Positions 37,001-48,600 of a DNA stretch of 64,000 nt are shown piece by piece. The position numbers and the translations under genes are program-made. Under the pieces are notes generated by a model, which was given only the letters and a program-made list of their open reading frames with translations, had not been told where the DNA came from and did not search any database. The stretch is taken from positions 12,607,777-12,671,776 of the forward strand of contig CM082582.2 of assembly GCA_040954595.2 (NCBI GenBank), in the 5' to 3' direction. Numbering within the stretch: position 1 is the first letter of the stretch; each line of letters opens with the position of its first letter. The DNA is from Balanoglossus misakiensis (Eukaryota > Animalia > Hemichordata).

Positions 37001-40000
37001 ATGCTCCCGAGGTGCTTACACCACCTTACAACTCCCAACAATCTTCTCGTGTTTCTCTCAACCAGGAGCATTCTATCCAGGTGTTGCGGTACAGCCAGTC
37101 GTACTTCGCTATCTAACAGTTCCCGACACGGTGACCTGGACATGGGAAGGACCCGGAGCGTAAGTTTCATTAGTTTGATGACGTGTAGTTCATTTGGATT
37201 TAGCAGAAAAAAGGTTTTTCTAACACTTGATAATACGAAATGTTTTCTCTCTGAAGAACCAGTTCAACTCCATGACCTTTCCATACACTCTGGTTTCTGT
37301 ATCAAATTGTACAAATTGAGTTTTTCTCCCAATTGATTGCTCTTGAGCGTCGTTGTGTGTCTCTGAGGGACGATTGAATAATTGATTGGCTGTTGTGGGG
37401 AGTTTTATTATGCCTTCTTGATGGAGAAGTGGGTTTTATAGAATCAATTAGGGGGGGGGGGATCATTGGATAACCGCATTTCAGGCAAATGCTGTGTGCC
37501 CTAATTGTGCAAAGTGATGTACTTCATGGTTTAATTGGTTTGCGTAAATCCACTGTCATTTTTTTCAGGACACCTGTCTGTCAGGGACAGCTTTTTTAAA
37601 CAAGTGTTGCACTTTGTGCAAAATTTCACCTGCGTTGCATTCTTTTGTTAGAGTGGTACTCTTGTTTTGTAACTGATGCAAGAGTCTCTTTACATTCACA
37701 CCTCTACAAATCGAACAACTTCTTCAGTACCTTTGTTGTTCGGTTTAGACAGGTTTTACTGTACAACACTAGTGGCATTTTCTGTCCGGTAGACTTACTT
37801 TCCTGTTTATCTATACTTTGCTATTTTTTTATCATCATCTCTTTCTGCAGTTACAAAGTGTTCTGGCTGACCCTATGTAACTTAAACAACCAATTAGAAG
37901 TAGAGTACCTTCCAGTTTATAAACCGAACGAAGAAGAAATTAACGATCCCAAGTTGTTTGCCAGAAACGTCAGAGCTGTTATGGCTGAGTGAGTACATTT
38001 TCTTTCAAGCCATTACGCGTAGAACTAGGTCAGTTTATGCATAAAGGGAGGGGAGGGCAATATAATTCCTGATAAAAGTGGAAAAGAAAAATGAGAGTTT
38101 TATCTTTGATGTACATGTAGATTAGAGTCTGTAGACAATAAATCATTTGCCTACTGTGTCTACTTTGACAGTGACCTCCAGCAACTGACTTGCTAGGGAT
38201 TGTGGGTAATATAAGTATGCTGTCACTTTGAACATGGATCATGTGACAAAGAACTCAACTTGGCGAGAACCACAGACTTACAATATAAACAAAGTATTGG
38301 CTTGTAGATTGTGTTGGTATTCGCATACCCGATAGTTTTGTGAAACTGACAGTCTATGCATCAAAGAGCTTTTATATCAATAAATATATTTCCCAAATGA
38401 CGGAACATCTAACTGTCAAATCGTTCGAATGTGGCACCATTATTTCACTCATTTTTCTGTGTGATGACAGGGCACTGAATGTTCCTATAACTGACCACAC
38501 ATATGAAGATACCCGACTGATGATTCAAGCAACAAAGACAGGTTTGCCGCTCAGTGCAGGGCTTGTCGAGTTCCAGAAAATCAGGACCAAGCTCGGGTAA
38601 GAACTAATACCAGAATTTTGTGTTTCAATATGCTCATTGCAAGATAAGGCAATCTTTGTATGAGACTCTGCTATATCTGTCGCTATAATAATAATACAAA
38701 ACTCATTCAACTTTCATGTTTTTCAAATCCAAAAGATAAGAAGACCCAGAAATTTCAATTTCACTTTCTATGTTCCCATCCATTTGTTTAATTAGAAAAA
38801 ATCTGCCGCCTTGAAATTCTAAGTTGTTGACATAAATTGTTATCACTCGAGCATGCATGCAGAAATGTACTTGAAGCATGTGATACCTTTATGTCAGATC
38901 TGCAGCATACCACTGCATTATCAGGTATTTCAATTTAGCAAGGCGACTCTTACAGTTGCTATCTGAAGAATTGCAAAGTTATGAATAACTTATACTGGTG
39001 TCATGCCTAGGACTGAATGTATGTTTCTGTTAGATTGATAAGAGTGAAGATTACCCATGCAGTATTGAACACAATTAATAAATGATTTTACGCACAATGA
39101 ATTTTTAAAGTATCTGCATTCAATATTTTTGAAGTCATTAGAATATATGCAGTCAATACCGTCTTTTGTCACCAATAGCGTCAATACACCACTTCCCAGA
39201 AATCACCAGAATACGTACAGTCGATTTTCCGATGCGCATATTTGCATTACCCCCTCCCAACTATTGTTTGTTCTGAAGTGAGTTAACAATGCCATACCTA
39301 TCAGAAAATGGTCCGTGCCATATCACGTGCCGAAATCGCGAAGCTTGGTGCTTTTTTTCCCATGAATCAAAATACATTGAGTTGATGAAGCCGTAGAATG
39401 CACGGTAAAAAATAAATGTGCAAATAATATGTAGTGAAAATGTTTTTTGTTGAGAAAGCAACAGTAACATTTGTGTTTGAAGTGGCTTGCATCCACACTA
39501 TCACATTTTCTTTTTTGTCTAAACTGGTTGTAGCCAGGTGGTAATAATGACATGACTTTCTCTCATCTGTGGAGTGCTATTGTGACAACAATGTGTGAAG
39601 TGTTTTGTTGACGTGTGTGCGCTCCGACAATTTACACATCTTGTGAAGTTAAAAAAAACCTTGAAACTCAAGCATAAAATGTCACCTGATTGCAAATTGT
39701 ATGAATCAGGAATGAAGGATATGGAAGTACTCAGAGACACTGAGTGGACGGATGCATTGAAGTGATCAAATCGCCTTGTGTTTCATTCTCGTGTCTTTAT
39801 AATATCATGAAGTGTTTTTAGAACAGGCAAGGCTCGAGTTAACATTGTGTCATTTTTGAGTGGCCTTGCTTCAGAATGAGAAATTCAACTGCAAAAGAAA
39901 ACTCTGCTTCCAGTTGCAATCTCCATTGTTTATCAGCAATTCCAGGACGTTTTAAATCGAGTAACCCTGCCGCAAATTGTTGTTGAGTCAATGCAAACGG

Positions 40001-43000
40001 TCATTTTGGTAATCATAAACTAGAAACCCATATAATCCAACATCTGCAGCAATTGGAAGTACATTAGAGTCTTGTGTGAAGAGGTGAAATTGCAGGGCTA
40101 TGAAAGCTGAATGTCTAGGAATCATTACTTCCTCCTGAATTGTTAGTAAAACATAATCGATAAGTGTTGTCGTTAGCCGTTGAGTCCTGTGTGATGGCTG
40201 TTGTTCCAGGTACTGTCAAAGGATGTTGTATCAGTTGATTGCGATGGAAATGCTACAGTGAGGGTCTGAGGTCTGTGCAGTGAACATTTGCTAAACCTTG
40301 ACTTCATCCTTCAAAGGATGAAGTGAGAAATGCACTCACTCAGACTTAGTTCTGTCTATTTGCACGTCCATCCTGTACACTATCTGTTCGTACCGAGGTC
40401 CATCACCACATAGACCTGCTTTGAACCACTGTAAGAGTTGTACTATTTTGAGACAGAGTGATGATTGTTTTCCTGCACACCTTAAAATTTCAAAATTACA
40501 AGGAACAGGAAGTATGGGTATTATTCGAATCAAAACTGCCCTGTTTGATGTCATAGACAATAACGCAATTGGCAAATGTTTTGTCCTTGCAATGAAATTC
40601 TACTGTCATAAACAGACGCGGTACTTTCCATGGTAATTTTTTCTGCCTCAATCAAATTTCTTTTCTTTTTTTGTATATGACTCCGAGGCTTTTTGACAAT
40701 CACATAAAAACTACTTTGTGTTGCCATGGAAACTGTCACTTTTTGCCGATGTGCGATCGCCATAGCAATGCATCCAATATCGTTTATTTAATTCTAACAT
40801 AAATTGATCAAGGAACGTTGGTTGATTGAATAAAAAACTGTGGTTTTTCCTGTCAGGGACTACTTATTGAAAACTGAATAATGTCATTCATCAAATAGGC
40901 TCTTTTTTATTGCCATTTATTGTGTACAAATGAATTGGCTTCAAAACTTAATTGACACTACCGTTAATAAATTTGTCTTAACCCTCTGTGTAACAAATCT
41001 TTTCTTGGTTCATTGCCATGACAACAGCAGCTTGTTTGAAATATAATTGTAATTCGTGTCATTGTTTTCATCGTGCAGACTCGCCATCATGTTTAGATTG
41101 ATTAACTCCCCCTCCCTTTTCTCACTCCCTCCCTCTCTCGCCCCCCTCCCTCCCTATGTCATTGCCCGTTGTATTGGCCTGCTGTATTTATGTGTGAAAC
41201 TTCAAACTTTTCATTCCGTAAAATCTTCACTGCTGTGGGCAAGAATGTTAAATGCCAAAGCCATGCAGAAGTCATTGTTGGAGGGCATGCAGTGCTTCTG
41301 AGAGATTTGCATGTGACACTTGCATATTGGGAGCGTGGGTACAGATAGAGTTGTAGGTTTTAACCTGACTGTCAGTTCATTAACTACAGTGAAACCTAAC
41401 AGCTGCTGCACCACGCTGATTCAATTCAACCTCGACAAATGTCACAGTCCGGCTTATGACAGACGACACAAAGTAACAATGCTCGCTGACAGTTCATTTT
41501 CTTCCCTTCTTTTGACAGCTATAAGTCTGTACTATAGAAATTATTTTCATCAGATTCGCATGCAGGTCACTGTCAAGGTCGTATGAGCTGTGATTTCAGT
41601 TGACGGAGTAGAATTTGCACTGAAAGTTCAGTCAAAATTACAGGATGTCTCGTCTTGAATAGTAGCCATTGAGTTGAGAGAAATTACCGTTCCGGGGACG
41701 AGTCAGAATTAAGTCACATCTCAATTTAGATCTCATTCTGCAAGCCAGAGGGCATTGCAGGACTATGTCAGGCAGTTTAATAATTAATAAAGGGAGTATG
41801 ATTTAATGGAAATGAAATTAACTGCCTGGTTGATTGATTGATTTACAATGGTGGGTAGTGTCTGTATATGACCTGATGCAGATGCACAAATTGCCAAAGT
41901 TTATTTCTCGTGTTCCACGCAGCTGTGTCATCTGTGATTAAATGCAGAACGCTTTATAGAGAGCTGATTGAGCAGACACCCTAGAGAAGCAGCAGGTTGG
42001 GGCTTACAGTCGTCCCAGTCTCCAGTTCAGAAGTCATGTAAAATTCATGCAGTCCTTTTCATGCCAAACTCGCAGTTAAAAAGTTTTGACCCTTTTGAAG
42101 ATATGTAAAAGATTTGTCCATGCAGGAGTGTGCACGGTTTAGAGATGTGTCCAGACAGTCCCCATTATTATAGGTTTCGGATCAGATATCCAATTATTAC
42201 ATGGATATACTATATGTATATCATATGACAGCCAAAAGGTTTTCCGAGAAACATACTTTCTAATGATGATGGTGAGGAAGTAGAAATTCAATGTATTTAA
42301 GTTCATTTGATCTCCTTCCAAAAGAAAAGCACCACCACCACAACTAATCTGTAATCATCTTCTTCTTCTTCATCATCATTATCATCACGTGTCGTCTGTC
42401 CAAACACTCTCAGAATTTGACGGTTCGCAAGTGCAATTGACTCGATTCCTGGGTGGATGGATATTTTGAAGGTCATGCAAAACAAGCAACAGAGAGTGAT
42501 TCTTGACATGATGACTGTCTTTCAATAAATTACCCGAGGAAAGAAAAAAAGAAACATTAGCGGTGCTTGAGGAAATCAGGAAAATGCTTTTTAGAAACCA
42601 TCTGGCGCTCTACTTCTCTGAACATCTGTTGCTCTCAGCATTGAAACTACAGTATTACACTGGTACACCATTATCATCAATTTTGCATCATTTTGTCTGT
42701 CGCAGTAAAATCAACTCCGTGTGCATACTTGTATTTTTATCGGAGTATGAACACAGAAAATGTCCAGGCATCATTTGATCATGCTTTTAGTCCTCATTCA
42801 AAGGAGTTTGAAATATGACCTTACACTTGCAGACTAGGTTATAGCCATCATGAGTTGTTCCTTAAAACACGGCAGAATTAATTTGGACAGCAGAAGTGTT
42901 GCTTCCCAAAACATTGACCAATGTTCCCTGGCCAACTTTAGCAAAACACTGTGTTTACAATTAAGTTATTAACTCTGTGTTGAAACAATCGCTTTGTTAA

Positions 43001-44699
43001 CTCCATCATGTACATGTATTGCCTTTGATTGCTTTCCGTTTTCACCTTTTGTTTCCAGAAATAGAAGACACCATTACCCATGGTGCATTGCTAGACAGGG
43101 TCATGCCTCTTTGTAGAATAATGGGATTTTAATCAGTGAAGTGCATCTCATAAGATTGATCATAAAGCCATAATAAAACCATAAAATGGTTGTGGTAATG
43201 ATATCACTTGGCCATAAAGTAGTACATAATCTCCAGGAAGATTATTCACTCTGCCTCTGTTTTGAAAGATCTTCATATTAGTGGCGGTCCATGTCATGAC
43301 TGATTGTGTTTTTACTTTGAAGTAATCTTATCAACGAGTGCCACACAACCTTACCCTTGCCATGTTGATGCTCAATGGAGATGCACAAATAATTCAAAAT
43401 TGGAATCTGATGACACCATTTTACAGTTGACACCACTGTTTATAATTCAATACACAGTCATACTCATGTTGTGTAAATACCTGACAATAATAATATCTAG
43501 ATTTGTGATCTAAATCTTCACTTTTTTTACCCATATTCTCCCCACCCCAGGGTCACATTTGACAGCGTTGAAAACCTCCTACAAAAGTATGCTGACATTG
43601 CCAAGTCAGATGGCGATGACGTCATTGATCTTGACAGTTTTGCACATTATCTAGACGTCCCAGTGAGCCCAGCATTGAAGGAAATGTTTCAGCTCTATGA
43701 CAGGGTAAGTGTATTTAGGATTTGCAATCAAATATAAGCCTGAAATCCTGCAAGTGTAGATGATTTACTCATCATTCTGAATTTTTCTCTGTTAATCATT
43801 GTGCAGTGTATCTCTGAGGATTCAGCATCCATCGCCAATTAAATCCTTATTGAATATGATTATGGTGAACTGATGGGGGTAGTGATGATGATGGTGGTGG
43901 TGGTGATGCTGATGTTGATGATGACAGTTGTGGTGGTAGTGATTGAAACTTTGTTGTATAATCATGATATTTATACTGTCACCTGTAGGATGGTTCTGGG
44001 AAGATTGATTTCCGTGATTACATCATTGGATGTTCACTCTTATCACAACCAGCAAACAGCGAAGAAACCATACAGCTGGCATTTAAGGTATATTTCAGTA
44101 TTTGACAGTAGCAGATATTACATCTCCAATCATGTAATTTTAAATTTGCAACAATTTTACTCTCTCATTCAAAAATTTTGCACAGTGATCTTTTTATTCT
44201 CAATTTTAAGATACACTGAGCTAGAGTTGCCTTGAGCGAAAAATGAGAAAAAAACCTTAATGACTATGATTTTCGAGGCTCAGATTACCCTGACAAGATT
44301 TTGATTACTCTTCCAGATGTTTGATGAAGGCAACAAAGGCTACATCACCCAAGAGGAACTGACTCAGATTCTTCACAATGCATTCGGCATGACAGACACC
44401 GACGTCGCTAAACTCTTCCAAAATGTTGATCAGAGCACTTCCGGAAAAATTACCTACGGTGAGCTGGCAGTTATATACTGGGAGTCAACCTCTTCACACA
44501 TCTGCTACCATATCATCTCTTGTCATTTTCTGTTTCTTGTTTAAACTTTCTCTCTTTCCAACCTCCTCCAGATCAATTCAAGGCGTACGCACAGCAGAAA
44601 CCAGAATACGCAATGTTATTCAAGACGTACCAAGAGATGAATGCTGAAAAGGACGGCAGTACCGAACAGCGGCTGGGAGACAAACTGAAAACTGAGTAA
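29690..44699 (+). CDS. LPCAT2: Lysophosphatidylcholine acyltransferase (LPCAT1/2 family) with C-terminal EF-hands; exons 29690-29800, 30191-30333, [one of 31569-31786 / 32095-32318 / 34174-34391], 36485-36658, 37066-37159, 37851-37988, 38471-38596, 43551-43704, 43989-44087, 44317-44458, 44572-44699 (about 508-510 aa)
   Basis: Motifs include PRQES..NPFVHKL, TVTLLPLR, PLSGWR, APHSSY.D (motif I), QPVFVSR.DPNSR, FPEGTCTNRSCLI.FK.GAF.PG..VQP, DTVTWTW.GPG and TDHTYED; EF-hands DRDGSGKIDFRD and DQSTSGKITY; C-terminal KLKTE resembles an ER-retrieval signal. Phases are consistent. Assignment to LPCAT1 versus LPCAT2 is not resolved. Confidence 0.93.
30361..30445 (+). mobile_element. About 85-bp MITE, copy 3 (LPCAT intron 2)
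   Basis: Terminal inverted repeats CCCTTTCACC...GGTGAAAGGG, preceded by TTAA. Confidence 0.72.
31425..31458 (+). promoter_or_regulatory. Tandem array of four CTAAC/TACTAAC motifs (branch-point or STAR-protein sites) upstream of LPCAT exon 3A
   Basis: gctaac-cttTACTAAC-cacTACTAAC-caACTAAC lies 110-145 nt upstream of the exon 3A acceptor. Confidence 0.6.
31569..31786 (+). CDS. LPCAT alternative exon 3A (218 nt)
   Basis: tgcag|G..AGA A|gtatgt; encodes KLIIPVTLATKLGFKCGGFEVVAKGQRSTTARAPLLVVAPHSSYFDAIPFPITLGMPAPVAKTEIGDIPFFR. Confidence 0.85.
32095..32318 (+). CDS. LPCAT alternative exon 3B (224 nt)
   Basis: aacag|A..GGA A|gtacgt; encodes WLRDYPYFFALRAVFFSSGFHWLKFRGQRASSVEAPVVAIAPHSTYIDPLVVLFAIAIPTGVGRIETATTPMVG. 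Confidence 0.87.
34018..34050. repeat. (CAT)n microsatellite upstream of exon 3C
   Basis: About 11 CAT units seen directly. Confidence 0.9.
34174..34391 (+). CDS. LPCAT alternative exon 3C (218 nt)
   Basis: accag|A..GGA A|gtacgt; encodes TVKKLLAQIGRFQFFMMGFHYVTVKGKHAPSSEAPILCVAPHSSYVDSLLLFCVGLPSVVSKEGNLETPIFG. Confidence 0.88.
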
Positions 44700-45593
44700 A
44701 TAATGACGCACCACAAACACACAGACATCTACCAACCCACCTCAATCAACACAGTTCTTCCCATTATCAGTGGCGTTACACTACGTGATTCATGTTACAC
44801 AACAACATAAAATGTTTTTAAAAAAATCATAACAGAATATTGCCCAGTTAGTGAGAACACAATCTCCATTTTATAACACTGAACGTTATTTAATATTGAC
44901 TGACGTTTCTTTTAACACAAGCAAGGCACATGATATGCAACAAATGCGAAAAACTGAACAAGTTGCACCACCGAATTTTAGATGTATAAATTATTGCTTC
45001 TGCCTTTATACACAAAGAATCGCGGCGCGACGATCCCTTCACTTTAATGTGCAGTACCTGGCAAGAGCTAATTATATAACGCTCAACGCAATGCATCTGA
45101 TACCCACCCATTTGCAGAGTGACATGACAATGAAATCAAGAATCTGACTCCTGCAGGGCAAATGACTATTGACCTTTCTGCAGCAAAGCCAACCCCATAC
45201 AAATTTTAAAGGACTAGTATCAGCTCCTCAAAAATCAAAGCTTTAAACTTTGAGTTGCAAGTCAAGTTTTATTAGAATTTTGACACAAATGGAAGGAAAA
45301 AGAGTTTGAGAACCATTCATATGGGACAGACATCTTGTTCAGAAGTGACTCTGTCTCCAGCATACTACAATGTATGTTGCCATGGTAACTGCAAGATGGA
45401 AAAATCGCCTGGATTTTTAAACCAATACATTCCTAATAGACAGTATCTGTGTTGAGGATATTCTGAAATACATAGGTATATACTGTATACAGTATAGGTT
45501 AAGAGTTCAGAAAGTCCTCCCCCGACACCACCCACTTCTTGGTTCGACCCTGATGTGTCTACTGAAAGGTGGTTGGACCTGTTTACTGGGAAA

Positions 45594-45614
45594 TGGGGGG
45601 GGGGGGGGGGGGGG
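45594..45614. repeat. Poly-G run downstream of the LPCAT stop codon
   Basis: About 20 consecutive G. Confidence 0.85.
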
Positions 45615-48600
45615 AAGGGGTGTGAATGTCTCCAAGGTTGAGTCAGAGACTGCAGTGTTTTGATCCTAACACGGAGGCATTAGCAGCAAATCCCCCTTGG
45701 GTCTTTTACCCAATACGTATTGAGTTACATGTACTTGTCAAGATTGATCTGCTGAATTTGTTCGTGAATGGAACAATTGCTTCTCGAATTACCAGGCTTT
45801 AGTGAACTAATATCCTGACATACATATACCACTGTTCAAACCACTCTAATCATTGGGGTTCCCGATGTTTGTATGGAAGTGTTTCCCAGCATGATAATCA
45901 AATTTCAGCAGTTTGACTCCACATTTTTTCCAAATTTAAAACTTAACATGTTTCCCCCTAAAAATCAATGAGCAGTACATTCCTTCTGTGCAGCTCAAAC
46001 CATTTGCATTGTAACTTCCCTATCACTGTTGTCACTGCCTGCTCAAGCATTTTAGTTGTGTGTCCATCTCTCTGAAAGTTATCAACAATACTTACTGTGT
46101 AACATTGTTAGTCCAACATCTCAGTTGCAAAATCATAAAACGTAATGTGACATCGCTGTGTAAATTATGAAGTTGTGTAACTTAAACCACATACACTATT
46201 TACAGAGTAATTATTTATTGGTATTTTTTTCTCGTGAAAGTTGTAACTTTAAGCTATAATACATATAAGGGTTGGAATGAAACATGTAAGAGCTCAATAA
46301 TTGGGATTAGGGTTTTGAAGTGGACAAAGTCTACAGTAGAAGGGGACTGTATATAGATTTGGGTTTCATCCGTCTGTCTGTCTGTCTGTGCATCCATCTG
46401 TCTGTCTGTCCGTCTGTCTTCCTGACTAAGCCAGCGGGGTTAACTTGAGTTGGTACAAGTACAAAGTGTGTTGACTTCCATGTGAACATCACTTTCTGCT
46501 GAATCCCTATGGAAAACTCAAAGCTTTTTTGTCATATCCAGATTTTTTAATACTCAGAAATAACTGTACCATGGCCAGTTTCTTTCATGTCCAGTATATG
46601 TCTTAGTGATTTCTTTGAAGATGGTACACGTTACAATATTTCTTGCATGTGAACAAAAACTTATTGCATGTTATGATCAAATATGGCCTCCACTCATCAA
46701 CATATTTCTGTCATTGCCTATACCCAAGCCATTACTCAGACATGTCTGGATTTTTTTCCATTGTGGGTAAAGCCAAAGCATCCAGACAGAACAGATAGTT
46801 GTTGTGTGACGTGTTCCAATATGGCTGCCAGTCAGCCATTTTGTGTTAATTTCTTTACCCAACCATTCCTGCAATGGCCTCCATTAGAAAACGAGCTGAA
46901 CAACATGCTTTAGCATGTGGTTCATGACAATTCTGTGGCATTAATTATAACTTGGTTAGATTTATTATTTGCATGAAAGATAAAATATATCTCAGTAATT
47001 TACTGGACCATTTTCCATACATTTTTAACCTTGATTTTGAGTGCCTGCGGGTGTTTTACACGATATTGTACATTTTATCTAATGTGATATTGTTTGATGA
47101 ATAAAAGGTTGTAATATATGATAGTTACGCAGTTTCTTTTAACAGAGAGGTCCATGCGCGTTTGCAGGTTGGTCTTCCATTTCCTTTCTGTTTTGGCTGA
47201 CGTCCACCTGTCTGAGTGTGACCATTTCACAAACGCGGTCTGAGCAAGAACCAGAAATCTGGGCATTTATACCATTGTACTTTCAGGGTCTTTCATTGAT
47301 CTGCAAATGGTGGTCGTTCTTCTTTCTTATCCTGCAAATGAGGGAAACGTCGATTTTCTTGATTGACGTACTTCTGTCCTCATGTTTTCTCTTTGATGGC
47401 TTAGTCAAACGTCAGACTGGATATCTGGCACTTTTCAGAATTTATGACTCTTATTTGTCATTGTTGTATTTAACTTTGTTTTGATGGATAGTTCTCTTTT
47501 CTCCATTCTGGGAAAGAAAAATCATCATTCAAATGATTGTTTCCATCTCAGCTGATATGATCACTGTTGAGAGTGACAAACTATTCTATAATCACCAACC
47601 TCTTCTTGTACTTATAGGGCAGGTTCGATCGCTGTTCTCTATAAGTTGAGTTTATGAGACTTCAAACAGCAAAGAAGTAGTTTCTATCCCCCAGTCACTC
47701 TTTTGTTCCTATTTGATAAATTTTAGTACCATTTGATTTTAAGTGGATGCAAGTTTCACATGGTTTGAAATGCTCTTAATGTGTCCATTATGGGTCTTAA
47801 CGACCAACATGTTTCGAAAATGATTTTGTTGTTCAGGGGATCAATTTAAACCAAAGATTGTCTTATGTTTTATTCACCATAATTGCCAGGCAAATGATAC
47901 ATAAATGTTGCACAGAAAGGACGAATGGTTGACATAAATGAATTATAAATCGATCGTGTTACAATGACGTCAATCGGACAGCTGTTGTCAGGTTGGGGAA
48001 ATTATAATTCGGCAAACGGCTGACAAATTGTTGATCGTTTTGCATGACACTGACGAAGACAAACTACTTTTCTTCATTGTCAAGAAAGTTGAGACAATAA
48101 CTTACAGTGAAAACATTAATCATTAGGTTATTATGTATACTTCAGGGTTTTATTTTCCCAGCTTGATACCCTTTTACCTAATTTAAAATGATGAGACGAA
48201 GCACCATTTATGACTGCGGGGAATATGATCACTCTATGTGTCCATATAAGCTTCTTCCACTCGCATATATGTATTTATCTTGGTGGATACTTAATGCAAC
48301 AGTTTTCAGCGACTTTGATTGGGCTAATTAGTTGTTCACCTGCAGAGATAAGGTCTTGAAATGCCATAAATAATGGAAGTTTTTTTTTTAAATTACATGG
48401 ATCATCCCTGTATGTGAGATAAGTGGTGTCCATAGATGCAAACACTAGTCTTAGTAGCAGCTTTATTTTGACAATACAAAAATTTGCAACATGGCAACAC
48501 TTTTCTCAAATTGCAAATATTTTAATCAACTTCCAAATGTTCAAGAATGATTTCCAGTGATTATAAAGCTTCTTAGCAAGAGGAAAACATATCAGAAAGA

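Noticed and set aside
43873-44235. Hydrophobic 120-aa ORF (MGVVMMMVVVV...)
   Set aside because: It arises from a GAT/GGT microsatellite in an intron overlapping an LPCAT exon in a different frame.
45535-47635. GGTTCGA (tRNA T-loop/B-box-like) motifs near 45541 and 47622
   Set aside because: There is no cloverleaf or matching A-box around them, so they are not called as tRNA or SINE.
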